Below are positions 25,171-40,074 of a stretch of 64,000 nucleotides of DNA, one piece after another. Origin of the DNA: the human T2T-CHM13v2.0 reference genome, Homo sapiens; the NCBI RefSeq assembly GCF_009914755.1, contig NC_060934.1. One strand, 5' to 3'. The notes below the pieces were generated by a model. It searched no databases. It saw only the letters and a program-made list of their open reading frames with translations, and was not told where the DNA came from. The first letter of the stretch is position 1; each line of letters opens with the position of its first letter. The position numbers and the translations under genes are program-made.

Positions 25171-27697
25171 ATTCTGTTCAAGCCTAGGTTCTCCAACATT
25201 AAATTCCCACTCAAGGGAAGTGTCAGGTTCCTGACAGTTTGGGAGAGTCCCTGGGCATGCAAGAGACATAGCCACTCACTCAGTTTGGTTTCCAGGTAGG
25301 ACCTCAATCCTCTCCACCCCAGAAAACAGAATTTGAGGGTTTCTGTAGTCAAGGAGATCCTGTATGGAGGAAGCCCTACATTTTGAGCAGGGCTGGCCCA
25401 GCATGGGTGAGCTGGACTTGGAAGTCCCAGACTCATTTCTGCCAGTCTGTCAGGTTTGATGTTGAGGGTCCCTCACAGCCCCACCCCTTGGGCAGAGCTG
25501 TGGATATACCTCCTGCCCTGTGTGCAGCTGGCGCAGGCATGGGGACCTGGTGGGAATTTTGGCTGGGAAGGGCTGGTGATGGCACAGCAGGAGCAGACAG
25601 CTCTATAAAGAAGGAAGCTTTGGTCAGAGAATTTTGGGTCCAGTGGGAGCGGCTCCCATAGCCCCTCCCCTGGCACACAGGGCACTGCAGCCACCATGAG
25701 AATTCCCGAAGCTCCCTGTGCCTTGAGCCCAACTGCGTCTAGAGCTCCACAGCTGCGCCTGATGGAAAAGCAAGGTGAAGCCTCTTTCTGCATTTTGGAG
25801 CATTTCTGTCAAAACAAAAGGAGCTGGAAAAAAGCGAATCCTATTGAAGCCCAGGCAGAGATGGAGTAAACAGTGCCTTTTACGGCTGAAGATATTAAAA
25901 GGCCACTTGGTAACATGACAACAGGCCTCCTCCAGCCTTCCCCCTGCTGTTGGCCGGGCATCCTCGCCTGCCTCACTTCACCTTGGTGTTTGTTGCAGTT
26001 TTAAGGTGCTTCTGACGACTTTATGCTCACAGTTTGGCAAGCACCACTCTGCATGGATCTCAAAGCACGTCAGGGGTCATCTCCAAGGAGCAGTCGTATT
26101 TCATGCGTGTGTGGACTTTGCTGTATTGGAAACTGCTGGCTGTAGAGGACCTATTAAAAACAAATGCCCTGTGTTTTCAGTCTCTCTCACCTGCCAAGAA
26201 GTTTTCTTGATGGCGCTGTCCCAGAAAACCATGGCAGATGAGGATTAGATTAGAATAAATTGATTTAGAAGTGACATGATGCTCCTTGGGAGAGGCTTAA
26301 ATATTTCATACATGTGTATGACACAGATTTCAGCTGGGTCTTGCAGGAAGAGAGAGGGAAATGGAAATCTCATACCCAGATTCAGTGCAGCCTTGGACTC
26401 AGGCTGGTCTCCTAGTCTGCTGCATAACTCTTTGCCTCAGCTGCCTTAGCTATACCTGGGGACAGTGGATGTTTAGCACTAACCTCCTACTATGTTTTTG
26501 AAGTCCCTCAAATTGGTGAGCCTGAACTAGAGCCTCCTTCAAGGGTTTCCTGGAGTTCTGGGCAGTGCCTAAGGTTGGAGGGATGGGTTTTGGGGGGGGC
26601 CCAGGAGGGTACTGAAGCTACCTGGGATTCATATACCAAATCCTCTGAGATCCAAAATCTCCAAATCCCCAAGACAAAGTGTTGGCCCTCTCTCCTGCCC
26701 CACCTTATTCACACGCTCACAGATGGGGCCGACCCTTAGCACTCTTCTCTCGGCTGCTCTGATCCTTCTCCAAGTACTGATATTCCTGCGACACAAAGGG
26801 GATTTTTCCAGGGCCTGCAACCCCCAGTCCAGTCACTGCCCCAACCATCTCCCAGGGAAGTTACTTAATGTGGGGAGACCACAGTGGCTTGCATATTGAG
26901 CTTGGAAACCACAGGTCACTTGGGATGATACCTTGGCCTGTGTTTGCACTGATGGGCCCAAAAGAAGAGGATATAAAGAGGAATTAGGGATCGTCTCTAG
27001 TCCCTGGAATAACTGGGTAAAATGTCTTCTGAGAGGAGGTTGGGGGGCTTCTCCCTGAACCCCTATAAATGTCTTCCTGGGGCCCAGAGAGAGAAGAGCA
27101 GAGAGGGTCTCCTGCAAGCTGATGAACCAGGAAGTCTTCTTAGCAAAAAGGGAATGTCAGGGCAAGAGCTCTGGTCTTAGTGGAACCTACACATCCAGTT
27201 CCTGGAAGGAGGAGACAGCCAGAGAAAAGAAGGACATGGTTATTTATTGCCTTGGAGAAAATTCATCTCCAGGAACAAGTCTCACAGAGTGTGTGAGGTC
27301 TCTTTGGGAAGTTTTGCTCCTTTAGGGCAAATAATTTTAATATGGTTTTTGAATGTCTGGCAAATGAATTAATGAGAAAGGATAGGGGGTGATCCTTGGG
27401 ATAATGTGTGGGGCCGCAGGCGTCTGTGGACCTTTCCAGAGATCCCAATCCTGCTGACGGGGGTCCTGAGTGGGTCCTCATCACCACTGTCATCTGCTTC
27501 CCTCACCAGCCTTTAGTCTCATCTCCCATGAGGCACAGATTGTGGAAACTCTCCTACCACAGACAGGTTAGGCGAGCCCCTTGCTGAGAGGTCGGAGGGG
27601 CTAGCAGAAGGGAGATTTGCTCATGGTTTGAAAATGCAAACACATGCTTGGGGAATTACTGCCCATGGTTAGGGGGATGCTGGAGATGAGGGGGCCT

Positions 27698-28180
27698 TTC
27701 ATTGATATCAGCAAATACTGAGAACTTGCAATGTGCCAGGTGGTCCTGGGCACTGAGAATGTAGCATCTGGCAGGATAGAGCTCTCGTTTTGGGGATGGG
27801 AAAAAGAGAGAGAAAAGAAAACAAACAAGTAAACAAACACATGAAGATTATTTCAAGCATTGTAAGCACTACAAGGGTAGTATAATAGGGTGACATCTGA
27901 GAGAGAGGATGAATGGGGGTCTGGCTTTTTTTGGGTGGCCAAAGGTGTTCTCTGAGGAGATACATGGAACAGAGGAGGGACAAGAGAAGACGCAGAAAGG
28001 CGAGTGAGGAGACTGTTGTTACTGTCCAGTAGGGATGCTGGTGGCTTGGACCAGGAGGATGGCAGAAGAGATGAGGAAAGTGGACATATATGGAACATAG
28101 TTTAGAAGTGTAACTAACAAGATTGATTGGTAGACAGGATATAGTGAGTACTAAAAAGGGAGGAGTGAAAGGTTTCACAG
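27698..28180 (-). mobile_element. L2
   Basis: AAATACTGAG...ATGTGCCAGG...CTCTGAGGAG...GTCCAG...GATGCTGGTGGCTTGGACCAGG. Confidence 0.75.
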
Positions 28181-28859
28181 AGGAATAAGATTTCACAGAA
28201 AATAATTCTATGTATTTATTTATTTTCTGCCTTTTCCATTAATGATTTGCAGCTTCTTACAAGAGAACACAGAGAGTCAAATCAAATCTTTTATCTCAAG
28301 AATCAGAACCAAAGGAAAACAGCACATGAATAACCCCACCCTAGAGACCAACAGAGTTACCATAGTGAGTTTCAAATTTGACTCCGAGTTTCTTAGCAGG
28401 TGGGGAAAAAAAGAAAGATTATATAGTCAAGATAATATTTGTGATTTTTCAGAGTAAAAATCCAAAGCACACTATTTTCTCAAAAAAGAGCAGAGTCTCT
28501 TAACACTGGAGTCTGGGTAATTTTTCCCAGGTGGACATTTGACAAAGAACTCTGCTTGCAGTGCAGAGTGGGATCTTAAACATGCTGGTGGCACCTGCGT
28601 TATGACATTGTACCTGATTTTCCTAAGAGATGTTGGTACTGCTAAAATGCAGCAGAGTGGGGAAAGGCATTATGGGAACCTTATTACGGTTCATGGAAGA
28701 GGGAATGCTAAACTGTGCTTAAAAACCAGAGGATAGAAACATAACGAAATGAAACGCTGAAAAAGTATAGAGACTGGAAAGTGGAAATTGCCCTGGGTAA
28801 GTCAAAAAATCATGTGTATTTTCCCTATATTTGCTTTGACTGTTCTACAGACAAAGTTT

Positions 28860-29400
28860 ATTTTTTTCTGATTCAAAAAATTAGTATATACACACACATC
28901 AGAAACAAAATTGAAAAATACTGAAAAGAATAAATAAAATAAAAATCTCTCCCCCAGAGATAACCATCATTCCATGTTTTATGTATTTCTCGTGAATCTT
29001 ATGAACTCACACATGCACACACATACATACATTTGTGTGATGTATTTATGCTACATTTCCTTTCTTCTTGGTTGTACATTCTTTGTTTTTTAATGTTTTT
29101 GAAATCAGGATCCTTCTTATAGTAGATTTAATGTTTTCCTTTTTTCTGAACTATTATTAAGCCAGTGATGCCTCTTGATATCAATGCTGTTACAATGGAG
29201 GAAATGTGGTATATAGCCACAATATCAGGGTTCCTTGTGCATATATAATTTGGCCTCCTGCTACTTCCATTTAACATTCGATCATGAATATTGTCACATG
29301 CCTTGAAATATTTTCTAAAGATGTTATTTTTACTGGCTATATATATTCTATCATAGGATGTCCCAAAATGGACTTAATCCTTTCCTCACTGAAAAACAAT
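28860..29400 (-). mobile_element. Ancient L1 (L1ME/L1MC4-like) 3' fragments
   Basis: CCCAGAGATAACCA..., TACTGGCTAT...TATTCTATCAT. Confidence 0.5.
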
Positions 29401-30765
29401 TTCTCAACCACATACCAATAATAGAGGCTACTCACACATAGCTTGAAGTGAAACTATACAGCTCCATGTTACCCCTGAAAAGGGGGGTGTCCGTGTGTCC
29501 AACAATGAACCAATGGTGCAGAGGTCTTGTCTGTTTCACTGCTTGAGCTGTGGCCAGGCCATGCTGTTTAACCTCATTGGGCCTGGGTTTCCTCCTGTTT
29601 AGCATAAGAAGGCTTTCTGGAGTTTTTTTCTGTTTAATGGATGCTGATAGCTAAACCTTGGTTCCCCAACCAGGCTATAGGAAACCAGTAGCTTTGAGGT
29701 TTGAGTTGTGTCACTGTGAGGAATTACACAGACCTATCTTGATGCTCCCAAGCCCTGGGGGATGCTGTGTCCTCAAGACGAAGGGCTTATCACTACCCTG
29801 GCACTCAGATCCCGGCCTCCTCTCAGAAACTCTGCAAATTGTAATGCAGCTCTGTGGGCAGAGCTGCTAATACTTACCCTTAACCCTATGTAAGGTTCAG
29901 CATTTTAGGCCAAATGTAGTTTCCTGATGAAAATATCTTCCCCAGAAAAGCCAGAGCTTGACGTGCAACGGACCAACCAGAGGCTGCTGGGATTCCCATG
30001 TTGTGCCTGGCTGCAGCTGTGGGCAGGTTACCAACCCCATTGGGATTTTCATCCAGGCCTGGAGGATGTTAGAGGTGGAAAGGGATTTGGAGGTCAGAGA
30101 TGTTGCATTACTTAACTTTCCTCTTTGTATAAAATAAGCACTCCTCAAATATTTGTTGAATGATGAGTGACTGAAAATGCTCAGTGTGGCTGCCAAGAAA
30201 GGTACCCGAGGAAATCAGAGGGCTTTGATGTTGGGGAAGAATGTGATCTACACAGGTCTGTTTGTCTTGAACATCCTGTGATTCTATGAATTGCATATAA
30301 GAGGAAGGAGGGAGGAAGCAGTTTTCTCCTCAGCCCCTGCCACCTAGTGCTTGGGAAAGTCAGTTCACCCTTTGGGGACTCAGTCAACAAATGCATTCAT
30401 GCAGCAGTGTGATTCATTGAGTGCTGCGGTGAGTCAGGCACAGGTAACAAATCTATAGGGTCACCAGGGACCAGCAGTCAAGGATTCCTGCCTTGTGGAA
30501 TGAAGAGAGGAGAATTACAGATGACTCCAAAGTTCCTCACCTAGAAACAGGACTGCGGACTCAAGGTTTCCCAGGCAGATTCAAAATTGGGGAAGCTTTC
30601 CTGGAAATGAAGCTGTGGAACAGACTTCCCCTCCCCATTGCCCCCCAAAATGCCAACCTACTATGACAAACCAATTGAGTGAATGTTAATGAACTACAGG
30701 TGGAGCCTTTAAGGGTGGCTTTGTTCCCTTGGATTTTATATTCATATATGTTTTTGAAGATCAAT

Positions 30766-31055
<290 letters not shown>

Positions 31056-31519
31056 TGAAGATCAATATTTTTGTAACTTCTAATCTCATCTCCTGGAATC
31101 TCCTTGGGGCCCCTCAAATGAGTGTTGTTGAAGGCTGATGACAGGAGAAGAGTTTGGGGGGCTGTAAAGCACTAGGATCCCATCTTTCATTGACTTGTGG
31201 TGTGACCTCAACACATCCTCCTCCACTTTGGGACTGAAAGTTTCTCATCTGCAAGGGCTGCCAGTCAGGCTGGCTCTCAAGGGGCCTACACTCAAGGATT
31301 CTAGGGTTTTGGTCCAGTCATTTCCGGTGTCAAATCCCTTTTGTTTATAAAGTCTACAGAGAAGCTTTGGGCTGCTGAGCCATTGGTGTTGATCCCTCAT
31401 CCTTTACACACTTAGTGAACACTCTAGAAGACTTTGCCCTTTCCCCTACACCAAATAGCAAGGAGAAAATATTTTAGTAGTAGTGGTGGTGACACTGACC
31501 AATTAACCTTCCCTTTGCA

Positions 31520-31715
31520 CCATCCTTGGATTTACAAGGCATGTTGCCATCCACTGTCTCCTTTGAGTTTTACAAATAACCCTTGAAGGAGGGAAGAACA
31601 GGGCATATTCTGTCCATTTTGTAGGTGAGGGATTTTAGGATCAGAAAGGTTAAGGACATGTCCAAGTAGGAGTAAATGGTAGAGTGAGTCATCCAATCCC
31701 TGACTCTGGACCCCC
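31520..31715 (-). mobile_element. MIR
   Basis: CCATTTTGTAGGTGAGG...AGGTTAAGGACATGTCCAAG. Confidence 0.6.
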
Positions 31716-31968
31716 TTCTGCTCACCTTGCAGCCAGAGGCAGATAACACATGTCCAATATTAGGTCAAAGGGAGGTAAGCAAAGCCCTGTGGGGAAGGGC
31801 AGGAGGTAGGAGTTGAGGAGAGAGGAAGTGGGAGTCCTGGGAGGGTGCAGATCTAGAAAAGCCAGTGCCATAGTGCCAGGCAGAGTACAGGGCATTTCCC
31901 CTGGGGGCATGCTCTTCCCTCCTGCCCTTTGTAATTGTGCTTCTGCTGAACTTCTGCAAGACATCTGA

Positions 31969-32619
<651 letters not shown>

Positions 32620-33144
32620 TAAATCCTAGTTAAATAAAGTAGGTTCGTGATAGGTTGAACAATTCCACTTGCTGTTTAGTGGATAGGAGTCAATAGGAAA
32701 GGAGGTGTCTAGTGGCCTACCACTGGGCCCATCCTCAGCTGTGTCACTCACTATACCACCTCCTGGGAAGGCAGATGATGGTGCACATGGCAGGCTGACA
32801 AATGTCATTTGAAGTTGACACTAAGCTGGGCAAAGCTGAGGCTGTTTGGAATGACAAGCATAGGATTCAAATGATCACATGATGGGCTGACTCAACCAAG
32901 AATAAATACAAGGTTCTGCTTGAGGATCCCCCAAACCTATATTTGAATAGGAGGGGAGCTATGCACATATGAATTCCCAGCATCATTTGTGGAGGAAAAA
33001 AGGAGGCATTTAAGTTTCAGTTTCTAGTATACAAGAAATGACCTGTGGAACTGTCAGAAAAAGCTATCAGCAGCATGAACTGTATTCATAGAGGTAGATA
33101 TTTTGTCAGAGGGAGGTGGTGATCTTTGTTTGTTTTGTGCATAT

Positions 33145-33540
33145 TCGTGGAAGTGGGATTACTGAGTTAAAGATTATGGTTATTTTTTATAACTATTAGT
33201 ATGTATTGCCAGATTGACTTCCAGCTGGTATGTACCCATTTTCCTGCTCACCAGCAATATACAAAGAATGTTCCTTTCACTGCATTCACACCAACATTAA
33301 ATGTTATTCTTTTAAAATGTAAGTAAAAAAATAAAGTCATATTTTAATTTGCATTTGTTTATTAACAGCAAGGATAAATTTCATTTTAAGTGTACTGGTT
33401 ATTTGTGCTTCTTTTATGAATCATAAGTTCACGTTATTTTCCAGTTTTCTTTTGGAGTTTTCACCTTTTTCTTAATGATTCCAGTGAGCTCCTTACAGAT
33501 ATTAACTCTTCTCCATCACATTTGATGAGAATATTTCAAA
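33145..33540 (-). mobile_element. Ancient L1 (L1MC/ME) fragment
   Basis: AAGTGGGATTACTGAG...TATTGCCAGATTG...TTTTAATTTGCATTT. Confidence 0.65.
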
Positions 33541-34314
33541 GGGAAATATTTTCTGCAATTTCTCTTTTTCTCTCTCTGGATCCAGGTTCCTGAATGCCTC
33601 CGTCTCAACTTGCATGAAATGTCCCGTGAAATTCCTGGAGAGGCTTCCAGGCCATATGCTCGCAGATCTGGTGCTCACATGTCAGAAATGATGTGGCTCA
33701 TTCTTCCCTGCCTCTGCCACCATATGCATGTGCCCCTAATCTGACCAGCAGATCAGCAGCTGGGGGGAGGACATGCTCACGGCTGGCAGAAAGCTGCCTG
33801 GCAAATCTTGACACCCTGGAAGAGAGAAGATGGCGATGGAGATTCACTTTCTAAGAATGCATTCCTTTGTTCTCAAAGAAAATAATGGATTTGGTGTTTT
33901 CTTGAACTTGGGGCATTTAAATGCATCTCTAAATCAAACTGCAGCAGAGAGCTCAGGTTCAGGTGATGGTCTGTCACTTACCTCTCCTGTCGCCGTGGAC
34001 AGGCCATCTCACCTGCCTGTCTTCCATTTCTTTAGCTGGCCACTTGGATACCAATAGAGTTGTGCTTACTGTGCTTAAATATTGCTTTTCCAGGGGAGGT
34101 TTGATGACTTTGTCTACTCCCATACTCCTCAGATGCCGGAAACGACAGGCTCTGTGTACCCCTGTGGACCAGCCAGATTCTTGAGCAGATTTTCCTGATC
34201 TGTTTACCAGGAAAATGGTATACCCAGCAGTTTCGGCAATTCCAGAGTCCTTGGTGGCCTGGCAGGAATGGTGTCTCTCCAGTCACCCAGATGTCCCTAT
34301 ACAGCTCTCTACAT

Positions 34315-34524
34315 CAGGGTTTGGCCATGGGCCAAATCCAGCCACCACCTGTTTTTGTAAATAAAAGTGTATTGGCACAAACCTGCATATTTGTTTATGT
34401 AATGTCTAGGGCTCCTTTTGTGCTACAGCGGCACTGTTGAGTAGTTGTAAGAGAGTCTGAATGGCCTGCAAAGCCTAAAATGCTTACTATCTGGTCCTTT
34501 ACAGAAAAAGTTTGCCAACTCCTG
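34315..34524 (+). mobile_element. MER58A (hAT-Charlie)
   Basis: GGGCCAAATCCAGCC...TTTTTGTAAATAAAAG...AGAAAAAGTTTGCCAACTCCTG; 8-bp TSD CTCTACAT/CTCTAGAT. Confidence 0.9.
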
Positions 34525-35971
34525 CTCTAGATTGATGGTTACAAAGTCTGACAGAGGATACAGTTACAGGGACATGGCAAAGCCAGAAAAACGAGGACCG
34601 GGAGTCCAGCTTTCAACAAAGCCAATCTATTCAATCTCCAGACTACCCTTTGTACCAAGGTTAGATCCATCCTTCCTTTCCCATTAAAATATCTTAACTT
34701 TTATGAAATAAACGGGATAGTAGACTTGTAGTTTTATTTTTAATGTCCTTACTCCACCAGTTAAAAAGTTGGCCACTCTATGTAGAGCCCCAAAATAATT
34801 TGAAAATGTTATCCATCTGTGTAATCCCCAGATCAGGAACCACTAATAGTCTACCTTGAAAGGTCCTTTGGAAGCCTTCCATTCAACCCATCTTTTTCCA
34901 TTTCACTACTTGTAACCATACTTTTGCCAGCAGCATCTTCATTTATGCATTCATTCATTCATTTGTATATTCATTCATATATTTACCTAGCAAGATAAGG
35001 GCTAAAGACTGTGTCAGAGGATCTCACATTTTCTGATCTCAGGACCCATTTTATTCCTAAAAATTACTGACAACCCAAAGAGCTTTTGCTTATGTAGGTT
35101 ATATCTATCAATATGAAAAACTAATACTGAGAAATGTTAAAAAGATTTATTTAATAATGCAGTTAGCAATAGCAACAAAAACCTACTATACATTAGCATA
35201 AATTTTTTTATTCAAAATAACTATTTTTCAAAACAAAAAAATGAGAAAGATGGTATTGACCCTTTTGCAAATCTCTTTAGCATCTAGCTTAATAAAAGAC
35301 AGCTAAATTTTTATATCTGCTTCTGCATCCAATCTGTTGCAAAATGTTGTTTTGGTTGAAGTTTGTGGAAAGAATCCTGACTCATTCAGATTTGTAGTTG
35401 GAAAAGAGAGGAGTATTGCTTTTTCAGATAACTGTGGCTATTCTCTTTTGGTACTACACTAAAACTCAACATGTGGTAGTCTCTTAGTTTAGTTGTGATA
35501 AGAAATCTGAAACTATATCAATGAACTTTTGGTACCTGATTTACATTAAATTCCATGTTTCTATCTTGTACTTTAAATGGACCTTTTACCCATGCACAAT
35601 TTTGGAGTATGATGCATTGGTCATTTAGAAAATATTGGCTCACTAGCCAGAGATGTTTTGAAATGTTGGCCCATTTAATTATACAACATCCAAGAAATAA
35701 AATTAATTTATATTACCCCTGATCTCATCAGAAAATCCTGTAAGTATTGGGAAACACTCAAGCTCATGTTGTTGAATATGAGTTGTCCAAAACGTTAAGT
35801 TTCTTTGGGACACTTAAATTTTAGCTTTGGCAACCATATGATGGTTGTTTTTCTTGAAGCGAGAGACTCCCTACATTTGATTTTGAGAAAGGGTCATCGA
35901 CCAGATACTGAATAATCAGAGTAATCTTAATTTGCCTATCAGTCATGTTTTCAAGTAAAAATGATGTCCCA

Positions 35972-36275
35972 CCTGGGCATGGTGGCTCACACCTGTAACC
36001 CCAGCACTTTGAGAGGCCAAGGTGGGCAGATCACTTGAGGTCAGGAGTTGGAGACCAGCCTGGCCAACATGGTAAAACCCTGTCTCTACTAAAGATACAA
36101 AAATTAGCCGGGCATGGTGGTACATGCCTGTAATCCCAGCTACTCAGGAGGCTGAGGCAGGAGAATCGCTTGAATCTGGGAGGCAGAGATTGCAGTGAGC
36201 CAAGATCGCAGTACTGCACTCGCACTCTAACCTGGGTGATAGAGTGAGTAAGACCCCGTCTCTAAATAAATAAAT
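35972..36275 (+). mobile_element. AluS (Sz/Sx-like) with (TAAA)n tail
   Basis: Dimeric Alu; TSD AAATGATGTCCCA at 35959-35971 and 36276-36288. Confidence 0.95.
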
Positions 36276-36306
36276 AAATGATGTCCCATGGAAAAAAGTG
36301 GCTATT

Positions 36307-36507
36307 TTAGCATGACACTCGCAGGGACCTTTTTTTGAGGTAATCATTGTACTGCAGGAGGAGCAGAAGTGCTAGACACAGACTCCTTATTTTGTTACAC
36401 AAAATATTAAAAAGCTGTCTACCCACGGGTTGAGACTTAATTAATTTAATATGTTGCTCTGCTTCATCAAGGACATTGTTAAGTACCTTCTTAAAGACTG
36501 AGTGCAA
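36307..36507 (-). pseudogene. hAT/Charlie (Buster-type) transposase remnant
   Basis: VLDEA..IKLIKSQP..RQLFNILCNKI resembles the Buster/ZBED5-type VLDEAVKIVNFIKSRPLNSRLF..LC motif. Confidence 0.75.
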
Positions 36508-37108
36508 AAGAGTATGATGACTACCAGTCCAGTCTAGGCCCGCTGCTTTGATTCTTGCTGAGGCACCAGCAATTTACTGCGGCCACTGTCCTTGCATCGT
36601 CAATGCATTGCAGCACCACCACCAGAGCCAGCAGCAAATCGCATCTCAGTAACACTGTGGAGAGTCTTTCACCTTGTGGACTTCTTGAAAGGGTCTGGGG
36701 GGACCCTCGGAAGTGCACGGACCATGCTTTGAGAAGCACTGTGTTGGACACAGTCGGGGATGCTAGGTAAATCAGATTCAATCCTTGGCACTGACGTATT
36801 CACCATCTGATGGTACAGGTTGACACTTGACAACTCAAATCTAAGTCGGTATGGAAAAATACTATAGGACATTATTTTTTATTGTGGTAGGATATGTATA
36901 ACATGAAACTTACCATTTTAACCAGTTTTGAGTGTACAATTCAGTGGCATTAAGTAAATTCACATTGTTATGTAAACATCACCACTGTCTGTCTCCAGAA
37001 TATTTTTTTGTCTTCCTAATCAGAAACTCTGAACCCATTAAAGAATAACTCTTCCTTCTCCCCTCTCCCCAGCCCCTGGTAATCACCATTCTGTTTGCTA
37101 TCTTTATG

Positions 37109-37781
<673 letters not shown>

Positions 37782-37926
37782 GAATGAATATACCACATGT
37801 TATTCATTCATTTATGAATATTTGGGTTGTTTCCACCTTTTGGCTATTATGAATCAAGATGTTAATTTTTGCAAACCTGGCTTAGTCCTCCAGTCAGCTC
37901 CTGATTATTCTTTCTTTCCTTGGCAG

Positions 37927-37990
37927 GAAGTCACGGGGTGACTCCAAGCAGGGCCCCCTTTGCATTCAGCCTGCCCTTCTCTCAGCCCAG
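37927..37990 (+). other. Candidate non-coding exon (64 nt)
   Basis: CTGATTATTCTTTCTTTCCTTGGCAG acceptor and consensus CAG|GTAAGT donor. Confidence 0.4.
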
Positions 37991-38934
37991 GTAAGTTCAC
38001 GTTAGTCAAGAATTCCAGCATTCTCTTTCTAACACACACTGCTCGGACCTGACACCCCTGCACTGCATTTCCTTGTTGTTTGGTCTGCGTACCATCTATA
38101 CCAGAGTAGATTCAGCAAACAGCTGCTCTCCTTTCGTTTCATTTCGACAAGTCTTTATTGATCGCGCATTATTTGCTCATCAAACAGATCTGCCGTTTCA
38201 AACACTTACAGTCCTGGAGTTGGCTCCACGTTTGCCTGTTAAATCTGTATTTGCACACGTTGGAGTTGGCAGTTCAGCTCAATAAAGACAAAAAGGTCTA
38301 CGTGCTGGAAGTAGGTGTCTTGGTGAGAGTTTCCAAAGCATGGGGATTTTTTAGACTGGCTGAGGCGGCCTTACCTACCAAAGCCTCCCTAAACCATGTT
38401 TATCCATCATTTAGATATTTTATTACTAGATGTATCATTTCATCCAGGATTTGGGCTATTGTGCTGCAGCATCCAGTCAGTTGAGTGCTAAATGAGAATT
38501 GGGTAAATTAGACTTTCAGCAAGGAGAGTTGTATGTTCTGTGAAACATACAGGAAGAGAAATTATATTGTGTTCTGTCCTCTTTGTATGTCTCACCGAAG
38601 CTCCAGGAAAGAAGCTGCCAGCCGGCACTCACCTTTTAATTTTGAAACAGCCCTTGACTCACCATCATTCATTGGCACATCTCATTCACACACACTTGCC
38701 CTTCTGATTGGAAAAGTCCCTCCTGTTTTCACAATGGAAAACAAGCACTTGAGACCTACTAATAATAGGGAAAATGAAATATCTGCCTCATGCTTCACTG
38801 TTTATAAAACCCTTCCAAGTAGGTTATTTCATGCCATCCTCACAATAGACTTGCCATTAATGATGTAAAGTGATATGTAAATGCTCAGCCCAGTGTCTGG
38901 TATCCAGAGGGAATTCTGAGTGGGTGGTTGTTAG

Positions 38935-39045
38935 GGAGGCATTATCATCCCCATTTATAGATGTGGCTCAGAGAGGGTAGGCCCATTAAACACAGCCACA
39001 CAGCTTGTAAAGAGCCATTTCCTAAACTGTAAATTTATGTCTTGG
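38935..39045 (-). mobile_element. MIR
   Basis: ATTATCATCCCCATTTATAGATGTGGCTCAGAGAGG. Confidence 0.6.
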
Positions 39046-39048
39046 GAT

Positions 39049-39236
39049 GTCACGTTTAGTGTATGTGTGTATATGTATATATCATGTTTTGTATATATAT
39101 GTGTGTGTATTGCTGTGAACAGTAGATACATAATCATACCTTCCATATGTATATATAGAGTCACGTTTTTTTTTTTGTGTGTGTGTGTGTGTGTGTGTGT
39201 ATTGCTGTGAACAGTAGATACATAATCATACCTTCC
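39049..39236. repeat. Tandem duplication with (TG)/(TA) microsatellites
   Basis: Identical 44-mer GTGTGTGTATTGCTGTGAACAGTAGATACATAATCATACCTTCC at 39101-39144 and 39193-39236; GTCACGTTT precedes each unit. Confidence 0.9.
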
Positions 39237-39339
39237 CCAGGACCTGCCCAGACATCAAAATAATCTGATGTACTAACTGCTTTTCTGTTCCTGTTTTAAT
39301 ACGAGCCTCACACCAATGAAAGGACAAGGCGGAGGAGGA

Positions 39340-39560
39340 AAGGGTAGGAAAGCAGAAATGAATGAAGAATTCTCTAGGTGTGTGGTGGTCACACACTTTA
39401 CGTAATTTAATCCTTAGAGCGAACTGCAGGGGTATTATTTCACTGTTCTATAAGCAAAGCAAATGAGGATTGGGAAGGTTAGAAAACTTAGTATCACAGA
39501 GCTAATAAGAGAAGGAGCTGGGATCACAAACCAGATGTGTTTGATTTCAAAATTCATGTC
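39340..39560 (-). mobile_element. MIR
   Basis: TTTAATCCTT...TCACAGAGCTAATAAG...GAGCTGGGATC. Confidence 0.55.
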
Positions 39561-39961
39561 CTGTCCGCCATCACACAAGCTAAACTGATGGGCTTGAGCT
39601 ACCAAAGTTGGGTCAAGAAAGCGGCGGCTCTTCAAGGACATTTGGTCCAATGGCCTTACCCTGGACTGCATGGCTGTGAGAGGCTCCGGGCATCTTCATA
39701 TGTTTTATGAAATTATGCATCCATGGGAGTGTGCCCAAGTGCACATACTCCATGGGAAGGTTCAGAGTAATCGTAAGAAACCAAAATAAATTTTGAGACT
39801 CACTGATTTATTCCAACACTGGTTTGTAAATGGAGAAACAGGTGCCCGGGGAGGGGAAAGGTGTTACCAAGCTGTGGCTGTTAGTGATAGATCTGGGACC
39901 CCATCTTCAGTGTCCTGACTCCCAGGCTACACTCAGTGCCCTCCCTCCCTCTACCTGACAG

Positions 39962-40074
39962 ATGGTAAAGCACAGAGGGCAAAGGTCAGGATTTTAAGAG
40001 TTACCTATTTGGAACTGGACCGGCCAGATGTCCTTGGTGGACCTGCACCTTAAGTGGCCTCAGAAAGTTCCAAG
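39962..40074 (+). other. Candidate non-coding exon (113 nt)
   Basis: CCCTCCCTCCCTCTACCTGACAG acceptor and AAG|GTGAGC donor. Confidence 0.3.

Larger units (their letters stand above)
35015..36741 (-). mobile_element. Charlie1a-like hAT DNA transposon (internally deleted), split by an Alu
   Basis: TIR-like ends CAGAGGATCTCA / TGAGAAGCACTG; ~1.4 kb excluding the Alu; contains a transposase relic. Confidence 0.82.

Noticed and set aside
37929-37943. AGTCA-CGGGG-TGACT palindrome as an estrogen response element
   Set aside because: The spacer is 5 nt rather than 3, and the half-sites are imperfect.
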